DNA of 63,960 bases, the filler included, from Perkinsus olseni (lineage: Eukaryota): NCBI GenBank assembly GCA_013115125.1. It is 3 parts of 3 records of this genome, joined end to end, with 100 filler letters (N's around TTAATTAATTAA, not from the genome) between each part and the next. Parts side by side here need not be neighbours in the genome. Positions count along the whole stretch, not along the records: positions 45,689 to 63,960 come from JABANN010000616.1; 2 more parts are not named here. The stretch is one strand, 5' to 3'. The notes beneath the pieces are model-generated. The model was not told the origin of the DNA and ran no database searches. It saw nothing but the letters and a program-made list of their open reading frames with translations. Of this stretch, positions 54,090 to 63,960 are shown one piece after another (positions within the stretch are counted from its first letter, which is position 1; each line of letters starts with the position of its first letter). Both the position numbers and the translations under genes were made by a program.

Positions 54090-54393
54090 GACTGCTTAGG
54101 TGAGCTACTTGGGCTTCAAGCGCTTCATTCTGACGACCAAAACGAAGGGTTTCACGACACAAGGCTTGCCCTCTGCGCAGTCACCTTCTCTTTGCACTGG
54201 GCTAGCTCAGTGGGCTTCGCAACTAACACCTCTGCCATCCCCTGTGTCGTGCAAAGAGAAAGGAGAATGCTCAGCAGGAATAGCACAAGGGCAGCGCTTG
54301 GTGATGGCACCATTGCTCAGGAAGGAAGGCAAGCACTTTCGGTAAGCACGCTCAGCCCTGCATTGCAGCGCAACACAGCCCCTTCAGGAAACG

Positions 54394-54984
54394 TCACGCT
54401 CTGCCGACATCAACGAATTCCGTTATCGAGTGTCCACCAATACCCCTCCAACTGAGGTAGGCGTTCCAACCCACGTCCACCACGCAGTCCCAGGTTGGGC
54501 GGGCAGCCGGGAAGATCCTCTGGACCACTGTGAAGTTGAAGGTATCAGAGACAGGCCACACAAACCATGAGGCTAGGTAGGCCTCCGCCCACTTCTTCTC
54601 TGCGGTATCCCACCCTCGACGGGCGGAGTCCCTCACGCCTTCTCCCAGTAGGAGGCGATGGAACATCGTGGAGAGAAACAGGAAAGATGGTACAGAAATC
54701 GGCATGTAGATGAACTGCATTGCGAGGAGCTTCCGTCCGACCACCCGGAAAGTCGGCTTGGTCCCAATGCGCCTGTCTAGCGCCTCATAGAAGAGCGTCA
54801 AGGGGAGACCGTTGAACAGCGGTCCGCACGCCGAAACAGCTGCCACTCTCTTCTTGTCAACTTTCTCGCATTTCTCGGCCTTCTGTGCGAACCAGTCACT
54901 GAGGGCGAAGAAGAAGAGGGAGGAGATTGAATTCGCTAATACTGGCGATTGCCGGTATGTTCGAGCCACGGCGGCCGCCACCAT
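54394..54984 (-). CDS. Mpv17/PMP22 family membrane protein, paralogue 1
   Basis: SPVLANSISS..ALSDWFAQ, DKKRV, YLASWFVWP...FNFTVV, VGWNAYLSW. Confidence 0.9.
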   Translation of the reverse strand: MVAAAVARTYRQSPVLANSISSLFFFALSDWFAQKAEKCEKVDKKRVAAVSACGPLFNGLPLTLFYEALDRRIGTKPTFRVVGRKLLAMQFIYMPISVPSFLFLSTMFHRLLLGEGVRDSARRGWDTAEKKWAEAYLASWFVWPVSDTFNFTVVQRIFPAARPTWDCVVDVGWNAYLSWRGIGGHSITEFVDVGRA

Positions 54985-55257
54985 AGAGTAAGAAGGAAAA
55001 ACTGCGAAAGGTACAACTCGGGTTACTGGACTCCACTCCCGCTGAAGCCAACTTAGTGTTGTTGTTGTTGTTGTTGCGTCACGACGCCTACAGAGGCGTG
55101 CAAATTCGTATGAGAAGATATGGAAAAAGAAGTTCTCGGAGGTCGATCAGAACTTTGAGATTGAACGCGATAGATCTTTGGCATGCACAGCGCAGTTTCT
55201 ACCAACACCTCTCCCAATTTTGTCAAGAAACTCTCATGCACTTCTCAGAGGATCTTT

Positions 55258-55878
55258 TCATACATCATCCATGCGAGCTGGGCATGAAAATTCGGTTACA
55301 GAATGGCCGCCGATTCCACGCCAACTTAGGTAGGCATTCCAGCCGACCATCACAATGGCATCCCATGTTGGTCGCGCCGCTGGCATGCGCCTCTGCATGA
55401 CCGTAAAGTTGAAGGCGTCAGAGATGGGCCACACGAACCACGACGTCCAGTAGGCCTCCTTCCAGCGCTGATTCGTGACGGCCGAGGCTTCCGTGCACGC
55501 AATGGTAAATCCCTCGCCGTCGAAGAGAGCGTTGAAAGTCGAGGAAAGGAATATGAAGGCCGGCACGGAAAACGGCATATAGACGATCTGCATGAAGAGT
55601 ATCTTCCGTGAGGCAACCCTGAAGGTATGGCCAGAGCCCAGAAATCGATCAAGATTCCTGTATAGTTTGGTCAGACAGATACCACTGAGAATCGGGCCGC
55701 AAAGGGCAACGGAGAGAAGCCGACGCTTGTCGATATCGTTCCCATGACTTCCTTTAATATCGGTATCGTCAGCCCGCTGCGCTATTAGATCACTGAGCGC
55801 GTAGCAGGCGAGAGACGTCACGGAGTTAGCAAGCACGGGGGAACTGGTGAAGACGCCTTTGAGACGAAGAAACACCAT
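55258..55878 (-). CDS. Mpv17/PMP22 family membrane protein, paralogue 2
   Basis: SPVLANSVTS..ALSDLIAQ, DKRRL, YWTSWFVWP...FNFTVM, VGWNAYLSW. Confidence 0.9.
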   Translation of the reverse strand: MVFLRLKGVFTSSPVLANSVTSLACYALSDLIAQRADDTDIKGSHGNDIDKRRLLSVALCGPILSGICLTKLYRNLDRFLGSGHTFRVASRKILFMQIVYMPFSVPAFIFLSSTFNALFDGEGFTIACTEASAVTNQRWKEAYWTSWFVWPISDAFNFTVMQRRMPAARPTWDAIVMVGWNAYLSWRGIGGHSVTEFSCPARMDDV

Positions 55879-55999
55879 GGTAATGTGAAAACAACTGACT
55901 GCTCTCAACTCCTATCCACTACCCCAATCGGTCGGGATTCATAGTTAGCAGCAAATGCGGGTGGACTCAACACATAGCAGCGAAGAAACTGTTCTTGAA

Positions 56000-58428
56000 T
56001 TATGCCATAGCCACATGAGCTTCCTCCTGTACGGCAGTTCTTGAGAGGCGCTTTAGCTTGGCTCGGCCGACAGCGAGTCGCTTCTTCAGGCTGAACTCTC
56101 CCGCCTGTGTATGCCCCCCGGCGGCTAGCCTGGCCTCTAGGTCTCGGATCTGTCAACGATGATCGACGGAGCTCAAGGGAGAGGCGCGGACTTCTATCAG
56201 GCTTGGAAGAGGCCTTGAGTAATCCTACCTCTGCCTCGACGACGCCTCTTCCGTCATCATCACGCTGTGCCGCGCTAACATCCCTTCGACCATTCTCGTC
56301 TACCGGAGGATATCGCTTGCGTAAGCAGCTCAGAATCGCCGCGGAGCCTCCCCGGATCACGGCCTGCAAGGGGGGGGGGGATGTCGGGTATATCCTCGGC
56401 GATCGTTAGTCGACTGGCAACTACTGCTTCCCCCTGCGTACTTGTGATATAGATCGTATTGGGTTGCCTTCTAGCGTGAGACTATTCAGCGCTGTAGCTC
56501 GACCGAGTGATGGAGGCAAGGCGGTGATGTTGTTGTTGGAGAGCAGGAGAACATGTAGGCCTGTTCGGGAGGCTTTAAACAGCGAAGAATATCAATCTGC
56601 ACCTACCAGGTAGACGGCCCGGTACCAAATTATCCGGAATCACTGTGATTCGGTTATCCGATAGATCCAGAACTTCTAGCGTGTCATGGGGACGATCGAG
56701 ATCCGGTAAGAAGTCCCAGCTGTCTATACGACAGTTGTTGGCCCTCATCTCTCGCAACTGCACACTGCCCTTCAGCAGGCCTTTCGGGAGCCTCGTGAGC
56801 TCCCGGTTGCAGCTTGCATCAAAGGAGAGCAGTTGCGGTAGGGATACCTCACAAGGGAGCTGCGTTAGGTTGTTATTACTAATATCCAGGTCCTGCAAAG
56901 CTGGGTACCTCAGCGTCTCGATACTCTTGAGGACGTTTTTGGCCATCGCCAGCCGTACCAAAGTCTCTCGACTCTTCAACTCTCCCAGCCTTGCTATTCT
57001 ATTGTGGCTCATGTTCAACAGCACTAGGGCCTCGGCCTGCTCAACCTCTGGCGGCACCTCTGGGCCCAATCCGCGATCGGAGAGATCGAGGTGTTTGCTC
57101 CCGTGAACAGCATTGCGGATGTCCAACAACAGCGCTCCTCGCCCACTGCCATCATCATCAGGCCCGAGACGTTCTCGAAGCAACTTCAGGATCCCCGCAC
57201 TGCCCCTGTGCAGTACAGCCATCGGCACATTACGGACGGGGTTCCCGTCCAGTGCGACCCGGGTCAGCGAAGCGAGTCGTCCGAGCTCATTTGGTATCCG
57301 ACAGATATCATTGTTGCTCAGATCGAGCGTCTTGAGCTCATCCAAAGCGAACACCGCCCCTGGTACAGCGTCCACCTTATTGTTATCGAGTAGCAAAGTG
57401 ACAAGGCTGGGTGGTAGAAGCAGAGTTTCCGAGGCAGATCTTAGTCGGTTGTGAGAGAGGCGCAGTGTGTGTACCTTGTCACCTACTTCAGGCCAATGCA
57501 CCAGCTTGTTATACCCACCATCCACGCTGCCAAGGTGGCTACAGTCACGAAGGCAAGGCATCCTCGTGAGATTGTTCCTCGATAGGTCGACTTCTTCGAG
57601 ACACCGAAGGCCATCAACGCCGTGCGTAGACACGATCTCGTTGTTGCTTGCAAGGAGGACTCTGAGTTGGCTCGGGAGGGGCTCGTCCAGGCTGCGCAGT
57701 TTGTTGTGATCGATAGCCAGGACTTGTAGACTGGGGAGACTTCCCGCAAAGCCTCGAGGTAGCTCGCACAGATTATTGCGCGAGAGACGTAGTTCAACGA
57801 GGGAGCTTTGGCAATCGGACGTCGGGAAGGTCGTGATCGCGTTACGCACCGCCAGTAAAATCTTCAATTTCTCCAAGTGGAGGAGAGTGGCCGGGAGTGA
57901 CTCAAGCTTGTTATCGCTAGCGTTGAAGGCTCGGCAGTCCGGAATTTTCCCAGGGAGGTCAGGTGGCAGCTCTCGGATATCGTTACCGGAAAGGTCGACT
58001 TTTTCGATAGTATTGCACTCCCACCAGTTTACACCGTCAAGAGATATACTGTCCAACTGTAGCAGTTGCGGTGGGACCTGAGGAGCTTCGGTGCAAGCTT
58101 ACTTTTCTACAGGGTGCCACAAACATCAGTGTATCCAGCGGCTCGAGCGCTATCATCACTAACACTAAGTTCGGAACTGGATAGCACCATCCAGGGTGAA
58201 TCGGCGTCACGCTCGCAAAGACAATTGGCAGGTGTCGAAAAGAGATTCATGACAGGCGTGAAGATAATCGCCGAAATTCTCTCGTTAATGGCTTACCTGA
58301 GTCAATCCCGCAGCAGCAAGGGTCAAAGATCCGCTTGTGAAGGCTTTTTTCAAAGCAGCCTCTACTCGGGCCTGATGACTCCGTTCTTGCACGACCACCG
58401 ACGACGAGGAAGGAGGTTGAAAAACCAT
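56000..58428 (-). CDS. Leucine-rich repeat protein (LRRC40-like)
   Basis: Many LxxLxLxxNxL repeats; two LxGNP(V/I)R...GS..IL..LR.R caps; N-terminal ALKKAFTSGSLTL and NWWE. Confidence 0.88.
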
Positions 58429-58689
58429 AGGCTTTCGACAGCAGACAAACTGTTCTGGTAAACACATGCCTGACCGGTACTCTCGGAAGTTGATACCGGA
58501 ATTTTTACTGGGCGCGCGCGAAATCCGCGCAGAATTCCGGTTTACTTTTTCCATCCGCAATGGAGCTCCATTCGGTAGAATGGGGTTCAAATCTGAGTCT
58601 GTTGAACAGCCCCTCACCTCTGTAGAGCATTTCAAATAAGAGGACCCTGCGAGGAATGTTGTTATTGATAGTTGGCCTGTCTAGTTATC

Positions 58690-59518
58690 ATGGGAAAGAA
58701 GGCTGGCGGGAAGGGGAAGAAGGGGAACGCGGCAGCGGCACCTGCTGAAGTTGAACCGCCCAAGTGAGAACACGAGTATTTTCGATGACGGGCAAGGGGC
58801 TTTAAATTCATCGTGGTTAGATCTCTATATTTTAGAGGGGGGGGGGTTGCTGTTCCGTATGGTATCTTGGGTCAGGTTTTCGCACCCCGACATCAAGCCA
58901 TCACGACTGGACCCCCGCGTTGTTCATGCAACGATCAAGCTAGCCGCGCCAGTCTGCACCCTCCTAGAGTTCACTACTACACTAGCTCCAGTAAGGACAC
59001 ACATACACACCTTTCTTGATGGCCCTTTCCAGTCCACCAAGATCTCGCATATAATAGATTTGATAATACGAAGGCACGGCGGCAGCATACGTGAGCTTTC
59101 CGTGTGCATCAATAGGTCAGTGAACGGCGGAGGGCAGGGCTAAGGCCGTTCCGAGATATACAGTAGAATGAGCCTGTTACTTGGCTTCGATCCGGGGAGC
59201 GCCTAAGGTGTGCACAAGTCCGTCACTGGCTTGGGCTTGCTTGAGAAGAATCTTTTCACTCAAGAATCTTCTCAGAAGATACTAGGGCAACCTAAGATTC
59301 CCGATGGTTCTTCGTTATGCTATTATTATGACTCTCCTCTAGATTCCATCCGGAAGAGATTGTCAGACCTGATGAGACGTTAGAGGTGAGTGGGCGCGCT
59401 ATGATGAGCAGCAGCAAGGTGGATGCTCAGCGTCTTGTCTCAGGATTGCGGAGTGATCGGAGGGGAGTGTGTCGTCTACTACGACTTCGTACCGCTAACA
59501 GGGGCGTTGCTCCAATGA
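58690..59518 (+). CDS. Small hypothetical protein (Lys/Gly-rich N-terminus, possible ubiquitin-like fold)
   Basis: MGKKAGGKGKKG...STKISHIIDLIIRRHGGSIRELSVC...FHPEEIVRPDETLEDCGVIGGECVVYYDFVP assembled through GT-AG introns. Confidence 0.55.
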
Positions 59519-60044
59519 TGAAGCAATCGCTGAGATACTTTAGTCGTACCATGACCTGCATCAGCTACTTGATGTCAACTGTCTCACTTGCTTCGTGTTC
59601 ACAATTGCACGGTGAGGAGACGGACACACTCGGACAGACTCGACTCAGTGAGCATGAGTGTCGCGGAAACTTGGCATGATGGAAGTGCTTTAAGCCAGCC
59701 ATTTTAGTGGCCAGTGCATGACACGCACAGTACGATGAGAGGCTACTGGAGGGCAAGATTCGCTGAGCATCGTGAGGTACGCCACTTTCACCCTTGGGCG
59801 CTCGGATTACTAGTTCTACAGTGCTCTTAGTCGGCAGATGGTAGCGCAAGCGCAGCCTCGTCCAGCTCTGAGTCCTCTTGTAGCGGAAGCGATGCACCTG
59901 TCGAAGGTGGTACCGAGGTAGATGGAATTCTATTACAACTCGCGGTAGAGCGTTAATGCAGGGCTCTCCGAAGTTTAACAGTGAGTTCCCCAGTATAACG
60001 AGTACACTACGAGCAGTGGGCTTAGCGAGGATTGCGGTAAGGCA

Positions 60045-62961
60045 ATGGTTGCGGTGTTGGGTCGTGTAAGGAGGCTTCAGAGAGTGATCGATCGAAAGTC
60101 GGCCGAGGTGGCAGCAGAGGACTACTCACCGCGACTACCCCGCGTATGGGAGCTGGTCAACAGTTTACAGTTCGACGTGGCCATGGGTAGTTGGCTGCAA
60201 AGGGGCTGTGGACTGTTAGCCGCAGGCTAACTATACATGTATCTGGCATGCGTTACGATGCAAAGTGTCTTCTTCACGCTTCACTTGGCGCTTTTCCTCG
60301 CGTAATTACGCGGCCGTAGAACTGTTTCCACAATAGGGCAGGCGCGTAGCCGCTGCTGCCAGTAGGTCTCGTGTTCTGAGAACACTGTTCTCGGTAGGGA
60401 TCCTCATCATACTCAACTGTCTAGCCATCGCCTGGCAATCAGCCTACTATCCGAAGGAGCCTGCTGGGGCTGTCGAGGACCTCTTCTTCGTCGTAGAACA
60501 GGCCTTCACTCTTGTACGGAGGCCGACACTGGTCTGCCTGAGCGGTGATTCTCTCGGCAGATTTTCTTCCTCGAGTGGCTGTTACGACTCCTAGCTAATA
60601 CGTGGATCTGGCTGCTCTATCCGGTCAACATGATAGACACCCTCATCGTCTTATCGGGTGACAATACTTTCCACGACCTCCTCCTGCATGCTTCTGGCTG
60701 CTCAAGCCCTCCAAGACTGAATGGCGTCTACGAGAATAGCTCGTCTCAGCCCTCCTCCAAATTCGTGGAGCGTATCCAGGAGTATCCTGGATCGACCTGT
60801 CTCGAACCTCTCTTGTAGGTATATGCGTCTCTTGGATCCTCACGCCCCTCAATCTAGAATCCGATTGGATAAGGCAACTGCAGGTATTGGCCCGCTTGAT
60901 GATGCACTCACTCCCTGGTGCCTCTCGCCACTTAGCCGCAGAGTGGAAGTAGACCGGCGCCGTGCTGTTCATCATTCGTCCCTCTCCAAGGTCCTCCGGG
61001 CCATTCGTCTGGTCCGCATTGCGAGAGCTGTTAGACTGATACCTGAGTTTAGGGAGATGTGGATGATGGTTCGGGGATTGCTGGAGAGCAGTCTTACGTT
61101 ATTTTGGACGTAAAATTGCCTTTGGTTCGGTTGGCTTGGTGCTGGTGGCACTACCTCAGGTATGTAGTGATAGCCGCTGTGTGCTTTGTGTTCGGCATGG
61201 CATGTACCCTCTTCATAGGAAGATGGGAGGGAAATGAGTAAGCTACTCATGGTGCTGCTGCTGCTGCAGCATGCTCCGTTATAGTAATAAAGGAAGCTCG
61301 TAAGAGCAGTGGCAGGGTGACCGTCGTGACCGGCAGTTGCACAGTAAACCCTGGCTCGGGGTCCTGTCCAAGGGAACACAGCTGCGCTTGTCGTTTGAGT
61401 GCGCTGTGCTCTGATCAGCAGTAAGGTTTCCTCATTCAGGGGGAATAGTGAAGTACAATCCCTATTCGGAGACGTGCCCTTATCCATGTTCGCCTTGCTT
61501 CAAGTATGCTCACCTCCTGATTCCCTCAGCGACCCTCACTACGCAGATAATGACCCTGGACTCCTGGACGGCAGTAGTCCGGCCTCTCATGGCCCGGCAA
61601 CCCATGATCGAATGGTTATTCCTTGCCTTCATCTCCATCGCCTACTTCGTCCTGATGAACCTCATCACGGCCGTGATAGTGGAGAATGCCTTCAGCATAG
61701 CCAAGGAGGATGACGAGCAGCTGGTAGTCCGGTGAGGGGCGGCTCACGGCTCCCCAGAGCGTGGCCTTAGGCGATTGAGGCAGAGAGGAAAAAGATGAAG
61801 GAAGTTGCCGACCTTGGTGATCTATTCGCGGATCTCGATACGGATGGTAGCGGCGAGGTGGGCATGGGAGGGGTGGGGCTAGTAGGCCCTACTAAGTAGG
61901 GGGTGCATACAGAAGAGGCGAATTCGGCTGCAGCTTCGGTTAATTTCTCGTTGCTTTTGGACGCCTTGACACCCACTCATCTCTGATGACGTTACGATGT
62001 TCTGATTACGCTGCAGGGCGGTAGATTTCATTGCTCGATTTATCGTAGTGGCATCATTGAGTTCTTCCCTATATCAACTAGTGTCTACTGGTAACTTGTA
62101 CATCTCCTACCAGTTTTCCTCATTGCCACAGTTGAGTCGAGAGGAGTTCGAGGAGGCCCTAGGCAGTCGCCGTGTCCTTCGGAAGCTGGCGTTGCTGGAC
62201 GTGGATGCTCATGAGCTGGATGAGATCTGGTACATGCTGGACAATGGTGAGTGTCATCCCCTCGACGGGGGTACGACTGATGATCCTCATCGACAGCGGC
62301 CTGCATCCCGGAGTTTCCATGCTAGTGAGGGCTCATCATTCCGGGTAGTGTTGGCAGGTGATGGCAGTTTGACGTTGGAAGAGTTCACTACGGGAGTCAG
62401 GAAGATGCGCGGTGAAGCACAGAGCAAGGACGTGCTTCTATGTTTGAATCATCTGAGGCATCTGGAGACCAGAGTCGATCGGATCGTACTACCACACGCC
62501 GCCCGAATGATTAGGTGGGATATGCTATCTTCAGATGGCTGCCATTGACGGTCTTCATGAGTTCATAGCCCAACTCACAGAGGAGCAGCTGCCTGCAGTA
62601 GCTGTGACGCGTATCTTAGCTTCACAGACGGTACTCGCGGCAGGTGACGCAGCGTGCTAGGCTGCTCCATCGAACGCTAACAAGGGTGTCAGCGACGTTA
62701 GAGTATTCTGCCGAGTCCCTGGGTGGGCTCTTCGATACAGTGAGGGACATCGAGCTGGGAAGGGAAGGCTTGAAGGGTCCTACCGGAGCTGAGGGGGTTG
62801 ATGCATCTACGAGAGTTAGCCAAGGAGAGGTATGTTGGGTTGTGGGAGCCTTCCTTCCCCGAGGGGGCTGTCGACGAGACGTATCAAGCAGGCACACCCT
62901 GGTGCTGCTGCTCACGGGAGGCGTACGGGCAGCAGTCCTCGGGTACGATGATGAGTGTTGA
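60045..62961 (+). CDS. Single-domain (6TM) voltage-gated cation channel with C-terminal EF-hands (3' end uncertain)
   Basis: S1 FDVAMGILIILN, S2 FFLEWLLR, S4 LRAIRLVRIARAVRL, pore LLQIMTLDSW, S6 FVLMNLITAVIVEN, EF-hands DTDGSGELSREEF and DNGDGSLTLEEF. Confidence 0.9.
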
Positions 62962-63155
62962 TGAGTAGTACTTGTCTTTATGCTTCCCATGGTCCCTGCT
63001 GCTGTCATTATAGTATTGTCTCAACAACAAGGATTTCAGTTGGGCCTGTGGAACTGAGCTCGGCTTCTAGAGGGTTTGTTGTCGGCGTGGTCCTCCTATC
63101 CCGCTCGAGGTCGTGTCGTTCCTCAGCGGCTCATTCAGAATACTTCTAATTGTTG

Positions 63156-63470
63156 ATGCGTCTCTCCCCTTCAAAAGCCTGGCTCTGGACCGCCGCCCTG
63201 GTCTTCATCTGCCAATGCCCTCCTGTGGTTCCATCCAAGCTGAATGTAACTCGGCAAACCTTTTCTGCGGAAGTGCATTATCTGAGGTCTCAGGTTACAG
63301 AGGTGGATGGCATGAGTCGGGATAGTGGGTTCTGTAGGGTCGATGCGGGCAATGCTACTTTCAACTGGCGAGGGGGTAGCAGTCTAACTGATTGGGTGAC
63401 CTATGGTAGACGTCAAGCTGTACTTATTGAACGCCTCACGTGCAAGGGAGTTGAAGTCTTGTCGAAGTAG
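63156..63470 (+). CDS. Hypothetical secreted protein, first exon
   Basis: Signal-peptide-like MRLSPSKAWLWTAALVFICQC; ORF ends near a possible splice donor. Confidence 0.3.
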   Translation: MRLSPSKAWLWTAALVFICQCPPVVPSKLNVTRQTFSAEVHYLRSQVTEVDGMSRDSGFCRVDAGNATFNWRGGSSLTDWVTYGRRQAVLIERLTCKGVEVLSK

Positions 63471-63892
63471 GCGGGGGTTAGCGGCGGCAGCGGCGTACTT
63501 TGTGGGAGGGTTCTCCCCCTTTGCCTCCTTGTTGTTGGGGCGCATACTTCACCTCGCCGCCTCCCTTGATACCAGTCACAGGAGAGGCTAGTGGGATGGT
63601 GGGGTGACGTAGGTGTTATCCCAAGTATCTCAGGTCGAGCGGATGTCCTTATGGCGATCGCTCATGATAAGCTTGGCATTGGCGAGAGTGTACCGCTGTA
63701 TCTAATCTAGGGCGATAGAAACGTCTTCGTGGAAGGCTCTGCAACTCAGGATCGACTCCGGAATTGATGTTCATGCGCGCGCAAAATGCGATTACAGAAT
63801 TTGCTTCGCTCAGCATAGCTAGTCTCTTGAAACACATCTTTTCCAGTGGACTTAGTCGGCGGCGATGGGTCCGCGTTCCTGTGCTTCGCCGC

Positions 63893-63959
<67 letters not shown>

Positions 63960-63960
63960 G
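63893..63960. repeat. (GTT)n microsatellite at window end
   Basis: Direct reading. Confidence 0.95.

Overview
Eukaryotic, gene-dense genomic DNA with many short GT-AG introns. Gene content and style suggest an alveolate, probably Perkinsus-like (inference). The window is at least three contigs joined by artificial N44-TTAATTAATTAA-N44 linkers (22747-22846, 45589-45688), with an N-gap at 24902-24998, so adjacency across these points is not biological evidence. Bases 1-45588 are AT-rich and full of trinucleotide microsatellites. They encode a PAN-domain Stealth phosphotransferase, 3-mercaptopyruvate sulfurtransferase, GDPD, SDF2, HTATSF1, glutamine synthetase III, a SPEF2-like protein, an acyl-CoA thioesterase ending in SKL, an amino-acid transporter, an ATP10-like protein, RPS3, three divergent TBP-like factors, Hsp110, TAP42, a bacterial-type formate dehydrogenase, a dual-specificity phosphatase and RED/IK. 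Bases 45689-63960 are visibly more GC-rich and largely microsatellite-free. They contain a cluster of odd-length palindromes beside an orphan ORF, two FSH1 serine hydrolases, a rhomboid-like protein, an EamA transporter, two Mpv17/PMP22 paralogues, an LRR protein and a single-domain EF-hand voltage-gated channel. The most notable items are the TBP-like cluster lacking the TATA-intercalating phenylalanines, the palindrome array, the probable horizontally acquired FDH, the PAN-Stealth fusion and the TLDSW-filter channel. Gene coordinates include introns and were read by eye.
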